From sequence record NZ_CP083859.1: DNA of 64,000 bases; one strand, written 5' to 3'. Under the pieces are notes generated by a model. It searched no databases and was not told where the DNA came from. It saw only the letters and a program-made list of their open reading frames with translations. Positions 21,562 through 31,526 of this stretch are shown one piece after another. The position numbers and the translations under genes were made by a program. Each line of letters begins with the position of its first letter. Position 1 is the first letter of the stretch. Origin of the DNA: a plasmid.

Positions 21562-22572
21562 TCAGTCATTTCCCGGTTTCACGCTGGCGAGCGCTTTTGC
21601 TAGTTTCTGAGGATCAATACCTGCAGCCTTCAGGGCTTTAATAACTTCGTCATAGTTCTGCTCAGGTACTTCCTCTTCCGGCTCACGGGGAACAACGACC
21701 TTGCTACTGATGAGTTTCGGATTACGGTAATGCACGCTGAAGTAGGTGGCCCGGCCGCGTTTGAATTCGGTGTAATCCAGATAGCCGATATCCTTCAGCT
21801 GCGCCATGGCTTTGCGCACCGTGTGGTTCTGCGTGTAGAGGTTAGACGTCAGGTTGAGTCTGTCTCGCATACGCTTCATGGAGATGGGGGCCGGATTCTG
21901 TGGCAGACTTTCAATGTAGGTATAGAGTGCCTGTGCGGACTCCTTGCGCTGCAGGGCATCAATGGCTTTCAGACGCAACAGGACCCGCCTGTCCATCTGA
22001 TAAAGCTCAAAGAGCTTGGGCTCTGCCCTGATCTCCACGACATCGGCAGTGATGTCGTAATAGGCAGACTGAACCAGGTGCGTAGTCCACCCTTTCGTTT
22101 CACTCTGAAACTTGAGGGTTACGGATGCCAGCTTGAACAGGGAGTTGCTTATCCTGTCACGCATTTTCTTGTTAGAGCGCCGGGAGTCAAAGCCACACAT
22201 TTTAACAAACTCAACAAAAGACAGCTTGAGCGTGTCATCCTTAACGCCAAAATCATACATTGAACGGATGATTCCAAGCCAGACTTTGAAGTCCGTATCC
22301 ATATCGAGGCGCGATCCGGTGATCCTGACATCGGTATACCCTTCACTCCGGGCAATGGACAGCTGTACGAGCTCCTCAGTCGCATCCGTGACGTTTTTGC
22401 GGTTCGTCTTACTCCTAGAGGTCGATTTGAGGGTAGGAACGAACAGACCAAGCCTCATGAGCGCAACAGGCTGAACAGTACTGGCGCTGTTGACATCCAG
22501 CTTAACAACTTCACCCGTTGTCTTATTGACCTCCTGAAGATTCAGGGGTAACTCATTATTTTCCATAGCCAT
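21562..22572 (-). CDS. repA: RepFIB replication initiator RepA (Rep_3 family)
   Basis: 336 aa iteron-binding Rep_3-like protein flanked on both sides by iterons. Synteny int–repA–sopAB as in F RepFIB. Confidence 0.85.
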   Translation of the reverse strand: MAMENNELPLNLQEVNKTTGEVVKLDVNSASTVQPVALMRLGLFVPTLKSTSRSKTNRKNVTDATEELVQLSIARSEGYTDVRITGSRLDMDTDFKVWLGIIRSMYDFGVKDDTLKLSFVEFVKMCGFDSRRSNKKMRDRISNSLFKLASVTLKFQSETKGWTTHLVQSAYYDITADVVEIRAEPKLFELYQMDRRVLLRLKAIDALQRKESAQALYTYIESLPQNPAPISMKRMRDRLNLTSNLYTQNHTVRKAMAQLKDIGYLDYTEFKRGRATYFSVHYRNPKLISSKVVVPREPEEEVPEQNYDEVIKALKAAGIDPQKLAKALASVKPGND

Positions 22573-22589
22573 TTTATTAACCCGCGGTT

Positions 22590-23000
22590 ATCCACAAACG
22601 AAAGTATATACGCATATCACAGTCAACGGAAATACATACCCCAGTTAATACAATTGCATACCGCAATAGTTGATCTCGCACACAACAGTCAACATACCAC
22701 ACACCACAGTTAATGAAGATAGTCTCCAGGATCAGGCGTAGCGGGGCGCTAAACGATCCGGGGATCTCTTTTTGATCTCAACATGATCTCCTTAAGGATC
22801 AATTACTGGATCGAAATATGGAATAACAGCCAGCATCCAATACATATGGACCACTGACATGACACAATGTGAATCTTGGTACAACAACCCAGTAATACAA
22901 CACCAGGAAAGGCAATAGTCTTGACTGTGATATGCAGAAAAATGCATGTCATTACTCTTCCCTATTCCTATTCAGCTTCATACCGCAGTCAATAATCTGC
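22590..23000. repeat. RepFIB iteron cluster upstream of repA (origin / promoter control)
   Basis: At least 7 copies of the same iteron motif (catatcacagtcaacg, cataccccagttaata, cataccgcaatagttg, cacaacagtcaacata, cacaccacagttaatg, tgactgtgatatgc, cataccgcagtcaata, ctatagtcaattcc). Confidence 0.75.
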
Positions 23001-23312
23001 ATACTATAGTCAATTCCTTACCATTCAGTTCCTTCCAGTGGAGCTTCGTTAGCTTCAGAGCGTCAGCCACACCTTGTTAGTACGGAGTAATTCCGCTTCC
23101 TCGACGCATGCGCCTACGCGCGCATACTTTCTGCGGCGAGCGGATGATATTGACTGAAGCATGCGGCAGCCTTTCAGGCGGATGCTGAACTGAACAAGAC
23201 TATATTTTGATCGGCTTTGCAATATTTAAGACGGTTTGCAACTTTAATGTTGCTTTGCGCCTTTTACCAAGATTTAATAGATTAATGCAAAGATAATAAT
23301 AAGGAACAAAGA

Positions 23313-24479
23313 ATGGGACTGATGGAAACGCTTGACCAGTGCATTACGGCCGGTCATGAAATGACGAAAGCTATCGCGATTGCACAGTTTAACGATGATA
23401 GCCCGGAAGCCAGGAAAATTACCCGTCGCTGGCGTGTGGGTGAGGCCGCCGATCTGATTGGCGTTTCTTCTCAGGCAATCCGTGATGCAGAAAAAGCAGG
23501 ACGCCTTCCCCATCCTGATATGGAAATGCGTGGACGTGTAGAGCAGCGGGTGGGCTACACCATTGAACAAATCAACCATATGCGGGATGTATTTGGCACC
23601 CGTCTGCGCCGTCCTGATGACAGCGTTCCGCCCGTCATCGCGGTGGCAGCACATAAAGGGGGTGTCTATAAGACATCTGTATCTGTACATTTGGCACAGG
23701 ACCTGGCGCTGAAAGGGCTGCGAGTACTGCTTGTCGAAGGGAACGATCCTCAAGGCACAGCCTCCATGTACCACGGCTGGGTCCCTGATTTGCATATCCA
23801 TGCCGAAGACACACTGCTGCCTTTTTATCTTGGTGAGCGCGATGATGCAGCCTATGCCGTCAAAGCCACCTGCTGGCCGGGTCTCGACATCATACCTTCA
23901 TGCCTGGCTCTGCACCGCATTGAGACAGAACTAATGGGAAGGTTTGACAACGGGAAACTGCCGACAGAACCTCATATGATGCTTCGCCTGGCCATCGAAA
24001 CAGTGGCCCATGATTATGATGTCATTGTTATCGACAGTGCACCGAACCTCGGTATTGGTACCATCAATGTCGTCTGTGCTGCAGATGTACTCATCGTGCC
24101 AACGCCAGCAGAGTTATTTGATTACACCTCTGCCCTTCAGTTTTTTGACATGCTGCGCGACCTGTTAAAAAACGTGGACCTGCAGGGTTTTGAACCTGAC
24201 GTTAGAATTCTTCTGACCAAGTACAGCAATAACAATGGCTCACAGTCACCCTGGATGGAAGAACAGATCCGCGATGCCTGGGGAAGCATGGTACTGAAAA
24301 ACGTTGTTCGCGAGACCGACGAAGTCGGTAAAGGTCAGATCCGTATGAGAACGGTGTTTGAGCAGGCTATCGATCAGCGCTCATCTACAGGAGCCTGGCG
24401 AAATGCGCTGTCTATCTGGGAGCCTGTCTGTAATGAAATTTTTGATCGCCTGATTAAACCTCGCTGGGAGATCAGATAA
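23313..24479 (+). CDS. sopA: Partition ATPase SopA (ParA family, type Ia)
   Basis: 388 aa, near-identical in length and sequence pattern to F SopA (N-terminal HTH, Walker A KGGVYKTS). Confidence 0.95.
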   Translation: MGLMETLDQCITAGHEMTKAIAIAQFNDDSPEARKITRRWRVGEAADLIGVSSQAIRDAEKAGRLPHPDMEMRGRVEQRVGYTIEQINHMRDVFGTRLRRPDDSVPPVIAVAAHKGGVYKTSVSVHLAQDLALKGLRVLLVEGNDPQGTASMYHGWVPDLHIHAEDTLLPFYLGERDDAAYAVKATCWPGLDIIPSCLALHRIETELMGRFDNGKLPTEPHMMLRLAIETVAHDYDVIVIDSAPNLGIGTINVVCAADVLIVPTPAELFDYTSALQFFDMLRDLLKNVDLQGFEPDVRILLTKYSNNNGSQSPWMEEQIRDAWGSMVLKNVVRETDEVGKGQIRMRTVFEQAIDQRSSTGAWRNALSIWEPVCNEIFDRLIKPRWEIR

Positions 24480-25444
24480 TGAAACGTGCACCAGTCATTC
24501 CAAAACATACCGTAAAAGATATCCGCCCCGAAACTGAACCTTCAGCGGCACCCGCTGCACCGATGGTTGATTCATTAATTGCACGGGTTGGAGCCATGGC
24601 CCGCGGGAATACCATTCTGCTTCCGGTTTGTGGCCGGGAAGTGAAATTTATTCTGGAAGCGATCCCGGGCGAGAGTGTTGAGACGGCATCAAGAGTCTGG
24701 TCAGGTAATGAACGTGACCAGGAACTACTGACCGAAGACGCGCTTGATGATCTGATTCCCTCTTTTATGCTGAGTGGTCAACAGACGCCTGCGTTCGGAC
24801 GAAGGGTAGAAGGTGTCATTGAAATTGCTGATGGTAGTCGCCGTCGTAAAGCCGCCATACTGACATCATCAGATTATCGTGTTCTCGTCGGGGATCTCGA
24901 TGACGAACAGATGATGGCTTTATCACGGCTGGGTAATGATTATCGTCCTGTCAGCGCTTATGAACGGGGCAACCGTTATGCACAGCGGTTGGAAAATGAT
25001 TTTAACGGCAATATCTCTGCTCTGGCTGAAGCTGAGAATATTTCCCGTAAAATCATCACGCGTTGCATCAACACGGCCCATTTGCCAAAATCAGTGGTTG
25101 CCCTGTTTACTCATCCTGGTGAACTTTCCGCCCGCTCAGGGGAGACGCTGTACAAAGCATTTTCGGGAAAAGAAGCTTTATTGTTGCAACGGACACAACA
25201 GCTTCATGAGCAAAAGAAAGCGGGAGTTATCTTTGAATCCGAGGAAGTTATTGGTTTACTGACGGATGTTCTGAAAGAGCCATCAGGTAAAAAAGTAAAC
25301 CTTAATACCCGTCATCAATTTGTACCTGGTGCGACAGCCCTATACAAAGGCGATAAGGTGATTTTTAATCTCGATAAATCTCGTTTGCCTGCCGAGTGTA
25401 TCGAGAAGATAGAAACCATACTGCGCGACTTACAAAAAGTTTAG
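24479..25444 (+). CDS. sopB: Centromere-binding protein SopB (ParB family)
   Basis: 321 aa; the start overlaps the sopA stop (TAATG). ParB box GSRRRKAA and HTH. Confidence 0.95.
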   Translation: MKRAPVIPKHTVKDIRPETEPSAAPAAPMVDSLIARVGAMARGNTILLPVCGREVKFILEAIPGESVETASRVWSGNERDQELLTEDALDDLIPSFMLSGQQTPAFGRRVEGVIEIADGSRRRKAAILTSSDYRVLVGDLDDEQMMALSRLGNDYRPVSAYERGNRYAQRLENDFNGNISALAEAENISRKIITRCINTAHLPKSVVALFTHPGELSARSGETLYKAFSGKEALLLQRTQQLHEQKKAGVIFESEEVIGLLTDVLKEPSGKKVNLNTRHQFVPGATALYKGDKVIFNLDKSRLPAECIEKIETILRDLQKV

Positions 25445-25504
25445 CCTGTTTAATGATACACGCGAGAGTCTTCATTAATTTCCAATATCCTTAATGCGTT
25501 ACAT

Positions 25505-25541
25505 GCTGCTTCGGAATATATACATCCGAAGCAGTTATTTT
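25505..25541 (+). terminator. Rho-independent terminator after sopB
   Basis: Hairpin GCTGCTTCGGA..TCCGAAGCAG followed by TTATTTT. Confidence 0.65.
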
Positions 25542-25684
25542 CTGCACTATAGCCCAGTGTTGTAAAAAAGATCTGTTTACTTCTCCCAACCTGATTGTTA
25601 CCACAATCTAAAGATCCAGTTTTTTCTAGTTTTCCTTAACTAGTTCCGCAGTTCACCCCTCAACCTGCATATCAGAACTCAGAC

Positions 25685-25925
25685 GGTAACCCATCCCGGA
25701 ATACTGATTTCATACACCAGATTAACTGGGACCACGGTCCCACTTCCTACTTGCGTGTCAGAACTCACCCGTCAAGCCCGCTTGGAATATCGATTCCACA
25801 CGCCGGATTTAACTGGGACCACGGTCCCACCTCCTACTTGCGTGTCAGAACTCATCCTTCAACCCCGCCTGGAATATCGATTCCACACGCCGGATTTAAC
25901 TGGGACCATGGTCCCACTCTATTCA
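25685..25925. repeat. sopC-like centromere: about 5.5 tandem 43/44-bp repeats with internal short inverted repeats
   Basis: TTAACTGGGACCACGGTCCCAC recurs every 87 bp (about 25723, 25810, 25897), interleaved with GGAATATCGATTCC-containing half-repeats. Located just 3' of sopB as in F sopC. Confidence 0.8.
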
Positions 25926-26093
25926 GCTGTTTCTATCACAATACAGATTTTGAGATTGTTACTGTGATTCCTGTATTAGGTGCGTAAGAAGATTATGTTC
26001 GTTTTGTTCCCTGGTGCTTCCTCGCTCACTCGCGGGCTTCACCCTGTCGTTCGGCTGCGGCGAGCACTACTGGCTCTCTCAGAAAAGCAGAAT

Positions 26094-27365
26094 TTATCTG
26101 ATCCTCGCAACGGGAATATCTTTCCAGCGGGTGGTGTACGCAGGGGAGAGCATATCGCGTTTCATTTGCCATGATGGCGCTATCCCTCGCCCGGCAAACC
26201 AGATCTGTCCCAGACCGGAATGATTAATGCCATCGAGAACCTTCATCAGCTCAGAGCTGTGAGGACGTGGCGGACGTTCGTCGAACAGCTGCAGCTGCGA
26301 AACGCCGGAGCCGGTGAAGTCATTCAGCATCACACCGGCTTTGGCATACAGGTGCCCATCCTTCCAGATACGCTCCAGAGCCGTTGTGGCGGCCGCAATA
26401 ATGTCCCGGGTGTCCTGAGTGGGTGTAAGCAGTTTCTCCGTGGCCACGTTGCCATAGTAAGGCTCTTTAACGGCGAACGGAGACGTTTTGATGAAAACGG
26501 AAATATGCCGGCAGTACTGGCGCTCTTTCCGCAGCTTTTCAGAGGCCCGTTCTGCGTACTGACAGACAGCCTGGCGGAGCGAATCGTACTCCGTGATTTT
26601 CTCTCCAAAGCTGCGGCTGCAGACGATCTGCTGTTTCGTCGGTGGTGCTTCCTCAAGCGACATGCAGCTTTCCCCGTTCAGTTCGCGTACTGTTCGCTCG
26701 AGAACGACGGAGAAATTTTTGCGTATAAAGGCCGGGTTCGTCAGGGCCAGATCGAGCGCGGTCCTGATACCCAGTACATTAAGTTTGCGTGCAATACGGT
26801 TTCCCACGCCCCAGATCTCTTCGACCGGCTGCAGTGAAAGCAGTTTCCGCGTTCGCTGAGGATTCCCCCTGGTCAGGGCGAGCACACCACGAAACTGTTT
26901 CCACTCCTTTGAGGCCCACTGGGCAGATTTTGCCAGGGTTTTCGTCGGCCCGGCACCCACGCCGATGGTCAGACGGGTACAGTCATACACGTGCTGGCGC
27001 AGCTGCCGGCCGAAGTCCTCCAGGTCCATGCAGTGCTCAACGCCGGTCAGGTCGAGGAACATCTCGTCAATCGAATACTGTTCCACCCTTGGGGCCAGCT
27101 CCTCCAGGCAGCTCATCACGCGCGCTGACATCGAGGCATAAAGTTCATAGTTGCTTGAGAACGCGTATATTTTTTCCGGATACGTTTCGTTTTTCATCTG
27201 AAACCACGGCATGCCCATTTTGATCCAGGGCTTTGCCTCGGCACTTCTTGCGATAACGCAGCCATCGTTATTACTGAGCACCACAACCGGCTTTCCTTTC
27301 AAATCCGGGCGGAAAACACGTTCGCAGCTGGCATAAAAGCTGTTCACATCGGCCAGGGCAAACAT
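26094..27365 (-). CDS. umuC: Error-prone DNA polymerase V catalytic subunit UmuC (Y-family)
   Basis: 423 aa. N-terminus [15 protein letters not shown] and Y-family polymerase motifs. Confidence 0.9.
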   Translation of the reverse strand: MFALADVNSFYASCERVFRPDLKGKPVVVLSNNDGCVIARSAEAKPWIKMGMPWFQMKNETYPEKIYAFSSNYELYASMSARVMSCLEELAPRVEQYSIDEMFLDLTGVEHCMDLEDFGRQLRQHVYDCTRLTIGVGAGPTKTLAKSAQWASKEWKQFRGVLALTRGNPQRTRKLLSLQPVEEIWGVGNRIARKLNVLGIRTALDLALTNPAFIRKNFSVVLERTVRELNGESCMSLEEAPPTKQQIVCSRSFGEKITEYDSLRQAVCQYAERASEKLRKERQYCRHISVFIKTSPFAVKEPYYGNVATEKLLTPTQDTRDIIAAATTALERIWKDGHLYAKAGVMLNDFTGSGVSQLQLFDERPPRPHSSELMKVLDGINHSGLGQIWFAGRGIAPSWQMKRDMLSPAYTTRWKDIPVARIR

Positions 27366-27796
27366 CAGTACATCTCCCTCGGGCGGTGGATGATGTGCGT
27401 GACGACGCCAAAGATATCCAGATCGTCCGGGTCGGGATAAATCGGCGGCCAGGCGGCGTTCATTGGCTGCAGCGTCAGTCGTGGCGTCAGCAGAAGCCGT
27501 TTAACCGTAAACTCCCCCTGCACACTGGCCACAACAATATCGCCGTGCCGGGGCTTCTCTGCACTGTCCACAACCAGCAGATCGCCATTGTAAAGGCTGC
27601 CGTCGGACATGCTGTCACCGCTGGCACGGAGATAGTAAGTCGCGCTTGGGTGCCGTATGCAGTAATCATGGAGATCCAGGTCGGACTCGACATAGTCAGC
27701 GGCAGGGCTCGGAAAACCGCAGCTGGCCAGGTCTGCAAACAACGGATGGGCCTGTGGCGGGAGTGCTTTCCCGGTGCTGAAAAGCTGCAGTTTCAT
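27365..27796 (-). CDS. umuD: UmuD (LexA-like self-cleaving SOS mutagenesis protein)
   Basis: 143 aa. Cleavage-site and S24 peptidase Ser/Lys dyad context ([12 protein letters not shown]). Its stop overlaps the umuC start. Confidence 0.9.
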   Translation of the reverse strand: MKLQLFSTGKALPPQAHPLFADLASCGFPSPAADYVESDLDLHDYCIRHPSATYYLRASGDSMSDGSLYNGDLLVVDSAEKPRHGDIVVASVQGEFTVKRLLLTPRLTLQPMNAAWPPIYPDPDDLDIFGVVTHIIHRPREMY

Positions 27797-27818
27797 CTTT
27801 CCTCCTGACGTCTAAATA

Positions 27819-27838
27819 TACTGGATATTCATACAGTA
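27819..27838. promoter_or_regulatory. LexA (SOS) box TACTGGATATTCATACAGTA upstream of umuDC
   Basis: CTG-N10-CAG with flanking TA, 23–42 nt upstream of the umuD start on the minus strand. Confidence 0.7.
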
Positions 27839-28024
27839 TATTTAACAGCGTGAGGATAATCCAGATCACCTGCTTCATGAACAGGGTGAGTAACCTAAGT
27901 TACTCAAAATGCTATTTAATATCATTATGGGACATTTAAATTACTCATAATGAGAAGTATGGCTTTTATTTTGCCATTTTGCTCTTATAATATGTATCAA
28001 ATTGAGTTTAATTGACGGAGCATA

Positions 28025-28999
28025 ATGATGAATATTTACTGCGATGATGGTTCAACTAATGTTAAGCTGGCATGGTTTGAAGGAAACGAGCTGCAGACCC
28101 GGGTTTCTGCTAACTCCTTCCGGCATGGCTGGAAAGTGGCGGAATTCAGTGCCGCAACGTTCAACTATCAGGTGGGCACGCTGAAATACACCTGGGACAG
28201 CGTCAGCCGGGATGCCATCCCGACAACAAACGTGGAATACCAGTACGGTGATCTCAACCTGCTGGCCGTGCATCATGCCCTGCTGAACAGCGGACTTGAG
28301 CCGCAGCCGGTGAGCCTGACCGTGACGCTGCCCCTGAGCGAGTATTATGACGGGGACTGCCAGCGGAACGAGGAGAACATCCGACGCAAACGAGAAAACC
28401 TGATGCGTGAGCTGGTTCTGAATAAGGGCAGGGCATTTACCGTAACGGACGTGAAGGTGATGCCTGAATCACTGCCGGCGGCGTTCTCCCGTCTCGCGGA
28501 GCTGAAGCCCGGACCCGCTGAGACCACCCTGATTATCGATCTCGGCGGAACCACGCTCGATGCCGGCGTGATTGTCGGACAGTTTGATGATATCAGTGCG
28601 GTACACGGCAATCCGTCTGTCGGCGTGTCACAGGTCACCCGCGCAGCTGCAGGCGCGCTGCGGGCTGCAGACAGCGAAACCAGCGCGCTTATTGCTGACA
28701 CGGTCATCCGCAACCGCAATGATCGTCAGTATCTGCAGCGAGTGATCAACGATGCCGGAAAAATTGACGATGTTCTGAACAAAATTACAGAGGCAATCAC
28801 TTCCCTGGGCGCGCGTGTCACCAGTGAGCTGACGGTCTTCAGGAGCGTTAACCGGGTATTCCTGGTCGGGGGAGGGGCATCCCTCATTGAAGAGGCTATA
28901 CGTCAGGCCTGGCCTCTGGCTCCTGACCGTATCGAGGTTATCGGCGATCCGCAGCTGGCGCTGGCCAGAGAGATTGCCCTTTACAATAAAGAGGACTAA
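28025..28999 (+). CDS. parM: Actin-like plasmid segregation ATPase ParM/StbA
   Basis: 324 aa. Actin-fold motifs (DDGSTNVKL, IIDLGGTTLD, VFLVGGGA) collinear with R1 ParM/StbA. Confidence 0.85.
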   Translation: MMNIYCDDGSTNVKLAWFEGNELQTRVSANSFRHGWKVAEFSAATFNYQVGTLKYTWDSVSRDAIPTTNVEYQYGDLNLLAVHHALLNSGLEPQPVSLTVTLPLSEYYDGDCQRNEENIRRKRENLMRELVLNKGRAFTVTDVKVMPESLPAAFSRLAELKPGPAETTLIIDLGGTTLDAGVIVGQFDDISAVHGNPSVGVSQVTRAAAGALRAADSETSALIADTVIRNRNDRQYLQRVINDAGKIDDVLNKITEAITSLGARVTSELTVFRSVNRVFLVGGGASLIEEAIRQAWPLAPDRIEVIGDPQLALAREIALYNKED

Positions 29000-29001
29000 A
29001 C

Positions 29002-29664
29002 GTGCCGGACGGCCAGTATTCTTTCTATCTGCACAGCGACGATCGCACCGACATCACGGCGATGGCGACCATCAGCACCATCTCACAGCCCCTGCGCGGT
29101 GACTTCATTCGGACCGCCGCCACCGCCGGGGCGGTGATGTACCAGACGGATGCCCGTTTACCGGCGCTGATCCCGGTGTTCTTTGACGGACATCTGAGTG
29201 CCATCCGGCTTTGTGCCGTGATGGCCCTGGTATCCGGCACCTGGTCTTCACTCTCAGGGCTTCCTGATGAGCCTGATGGTGGCGTGGCTGCTCTGGCCAT
29301 GTCACCGGAGACGGAATACCAGCGCCGGCGTTACACCCTGACGCTTCAGGATGACCGGAGCAGTGAACGGGTTGAGCGTGTGCTGACGGGCGTGTCATCC
29401 CGCCTGCGCGGAGAGCTGCTGAGAAACCTGATTATCACCGGTCTGGCCCTGCATACGACCGCACCGGAGCTGCCGCGTCTGCTGGCCAGTATGCCGGTAC
29501 CGCCCGGCACGGTCAGCGAGCTGCAGGTTCTGGTTCAGCAGATGGCTGGTACGGCTGACGTGAGTATGGCTGCAGTGCCGGAGAACCCAGCGGAGCCTGC
29601 CGCACCGGTATCCGCTGAAGCGACCAGCATAAAGAAAAATATGCGCCGGGCATTCGGAGACTAA
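29002..29664 (+). CDS. Second gene of the parM operon (ParR/StbB-position adaptor, 220 aa, atypically long)
   Basis: GTG start 3 nt after the parM stop, with SD agagga. Acidic Pro/Ala-rich C-terminus. No RHH is obvious by eye. Confidence 0.5.
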   Translation: MPDGQYSFYLHSDDRTDITAMATISTISQPLRGDFIRTAATAGAVMYQTDARLPALIPVFFDGHLSAIRLCAVMALVSGTWSSLSGLPDEPDGGVAALAMSPETEYQRRRYTLTLQDDRSSERVERVLTGVSSRLRGELLRNLIITGLALHTTAPELPRLLASMPVPPGTVSELQVLVQQMAGTADVSMAAVPENPAEPAAPVSAEATSIKKNMRRAFGD

Positions 29665-29666
29665 GC

Positions 29667-29930
29667 ATGTCAGTGATTAAACAAAAAGCAGTGCAGTGCA
29701 TTCATAACTTTCTGCGCGCCCGGAACGTGCCTGAATCTCAGTGGCCGGAACGGGTCAAAAAGACCGGCAGGGGAATGATACTGGCAGGCGTGGCCGTCGT
29801 GGTTCCTGGCGTTCTGGTTGATAACATCTCACTGCCGGTGACAATCGCGATGCAGGTCTGCTATGCCTCACTGATCGGCCTCGGGGTTCTCCTGGCGTTT
29901 GACGAGAAAAAACCAGAGGGGCGGGGATGA
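29667..29930 (+). CDS. Small hypothetical membrane protein (87 aa)
   Basis: Start is 3 nt after the preceding stop. Two predicted TM helices. Confidence 0.45.
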   Translation: MSVIKQKAVQCIHNFLRARNVPESQWPERVKKTGRGMILAGVAVVVPGVLVDNISLPVTIAMQVCYASLIGLGVLLAFDEKKPEGRG

Positions 29931-29958
29931 ATATGAACATTAACCTGAAGGAAACAGT

Positions 29959-30162
29959 ATGCAGCTTGAAGAACTGACAGGAGACGAACGTACGCTGGTC
30001 GTTGTGGCACTGCAGGCGTTGTTCCGCGAGAGATTATCCGCATCAAATGCCGTCTTTACGGTATGTAGCCTGTCCGGAAAAGAGCAGCCGCCGGAAGATA
30101 TTTTTGGGCTGCGTGAAGTAGAGGATGCGCTGAGACGTATTGGTGCAGCTCCTGCGCGTTAA
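29959..30162 (+). CDS. Small hypothetical protein (67 aa)
   Basis: SD ggaaac..atg. Tightly packed behind the previous gene. Confidence 0.4.
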   Translation: MQLEELTGDERTLVVVALQALFRERLSASNAVFTVCSLSGKEQPPEDIFGLREVEDALRRIGAAPAR

Positions 30163-30190
30163 ATCCGGTCCCGTACACTTCAGAAAAAAA

Positions 30191-30217
30191 CGGCAGGGTG
30201 ACATCTCATCCCTGCCG
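30191..30217 (-). terminator. A-tract + GC hairpin (CGGCAGGG..CCCTGCCG) oriented as a minus-strand intrinsic terminator
   Basis: The reverse complement gives hairpin + T7. On the + strand the hairpin has no U-tract. Confidence 0.5.
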
Positions 30218-30333
30218 TCAAAACTAAACGCTTAATTTTTCGGCGATTATAATGTATTGTTTTGTGATGTAAATCACATTTTAATTTAATGTGAAATTTT
30301 TCCTCCGCTTTACATCTCCCGTAAAAAATTACC

Positions 30334-30522
30334 CGCCGTGCCTTCACGCTAACCCGGCCGCTGCGGTCGCAAGGGTTCACGTTGTCTCCGTCCTCACCCG
30401 TTCGCGCCCTGCACGGTGCATTCAGCCCGTGAAGGGCTTGCGCTGCGGCTTCGGCGTCGCCCTGGCGTCCTCCGCTTTACGCCGTGTTTTTGTGGCGGCA
30501 CGGCGCAAGAGGGTGCCGGATG
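30334..30522 (+). promoter_or_regulatory. Frpo/ssi-like single-stranded-DNA promoter repeat, copy 1
   Basis: About 190-bp GC-rich, highly structured unit (..GTGCCTTCACGCTAACCGGCCGCTGCGGTCGCAAGGGTTCACGTTGTCTCCGTCCTCACCCGTTCG..GTGCATTCAGCCCGTGAAGGGCTTGCGCTGCGGCTTCGGCGTCGCC..GGCGGCACGGCGCAAGAGGGTGCCG). It recurs 3 times, each ending about 15–25 nt before a leading-region gene start. Confidence 0.7.
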
Positions 30523-30536
30523 CTGAGGACACAACC

Positions 30537-31004
30537 ATGTTCAGACTGACCTGTATTGAACTCGATAACGGCGAGTTTGCCGTCTATATCAATCACCATT
30601 ACCTGGGGAGTGAAGATGCCAGCGGAGAGCGACTTTCTCTGGGGGAGGTTCTGGAGCAGCTCTCCCTGCTGCCGGGCGTGGAATTACAGACCCTGCTGGA
30701 ACCCGTACCGGAGTGCGATGACTGGTGCTGGAACGACATCGCTGATCGCGTCCTGCCGTCGCGTCCTGCATGTCGTGATGATGTGACGGTGGCAGGGCTC
30801 ATCGCCAGGCTGAAGCAGTACCCACCGGATGCACTGTGTATGGGGACGTTCTTGCTGGAAGATGATTTTCTGTCCCTCGATGGCAGTCTGTCGGAGGAGG
30901 AAATTGCAGAAGCCATGCGTATCTGCGACCACAGCCACGATGCAGGCATCGGTTTTAACTGGGACACGCTGCAGTTCGCTATCGACCACGTGAAGGGGCG
31001 CTAA
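30537..31004 (+). CDS. Leading-region hypothetical protein (155 aa)
   Basis: ATG 30537 directly follows Frpo copy 1. The track's longer ORF (from 30291) would read through the repeat and is rejected. Confidence 0.6.
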   Translation: MFRLTCIELDNGEFAVYINHHYLGSEDASGERLSLGEVLEQLSLLPGVELQTLLEPVPECDDWCWNDIADRVLPSRPACRDDVTVAGLIARLKQYPPDALCMGTFLLEDDFLSLDGSLSEEEIAEAMRICDHSHDAGIGFNWDTLQFAIDHVKGR

Positions 31005-31174
31005 AAAAAAGGACACCTTCCGGGGAGGGGTGTCCTGAAATGTGTCATATTCGTTGTAAGTGAAAACCCATCAGATGTTTTCGGCACAGATAATTGCACA
31101 ATCGCTGCCTTTTTTCACCTGCCATATATCCGACTCAAAAAAAAGACGTCTCCGGTCGGGGACGTCCTGAAATC
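31005..31174 (-). terminator. Two related A8 + hairpin elements (GGACACC..GGTGTCC at ~31013–31037; GACGTC..GGACGTC at ~31147–31170), oriented as minus-strand terminators
   Basis: Both have A8 immediately 5' of a GC hairpin and end in CCTGAAAT. Reverse complement = hairpin + T8. Confidence 0.5.
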
Positions 31175-31319
31175 AAAGGCACACATGTAAGATAACGGCG
31201 CGAATCCATTATCAGTGTGCATTCTGCCATACCTTGTCTGACTCATCAGCTACCAGAACCGGTAACAAAGGTTGTCGGTTCTCTCCGCCTTATTGCCGCC
31301 AACCGGCGGCGAGTTCAAC

Positions 31320-31507
31320 GCCGTGCCTTCACGCTAAACCGGCCGCTGCGGTCACAAGGGTTCACGTTGTCTCCGTCCTCACCCGTTCGTACCTTTCACG
31401 GTGCATTCAGCCCGTGAAAGGCTTGCGCTGCGGCTTGCGGCGTCGCCCCTGCGCCCTCCGCTTTTCGCCGGGTTTTTGTGGCGGCACGGCGCAAGAGGGT
31501 GCCGCAT
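31320..31507 (+). promoter_or_regulatory. Frpo/ssi-like single-stranded-DNA promoter repeat, copy 2
   Basis: About 90% identical to copy 1. Ends 20 nt before the methylase ATG. Confidence 0.7.
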
Positions 31508-31526
31508 ATCAGAGAGGAGTGTGTCT

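Noticed and set aside
25685-25925. Regularly spaced repeats that could superficially suggest a CRISPR array
   Set aside because: Units are contiguous, each containing an internal palindrome, without unique spacers. No cas genes nearby. The position after sopB identifies it as sopC.
26220-27223. + strand ORFs 26220..26837, 26593..26859, 26789..27223
   Set aside because: Antisense to umuC.
30291-30536. N-terminal extension of the ORF at 30291..31004 (and 33194..33271 for klcA; 36234..36374 for psiB)
   Set aside because: The extensions read through the Frpo-like structured repeat or lack SD. Internal ATGs with good SDs give proteins collinear with known homologues.
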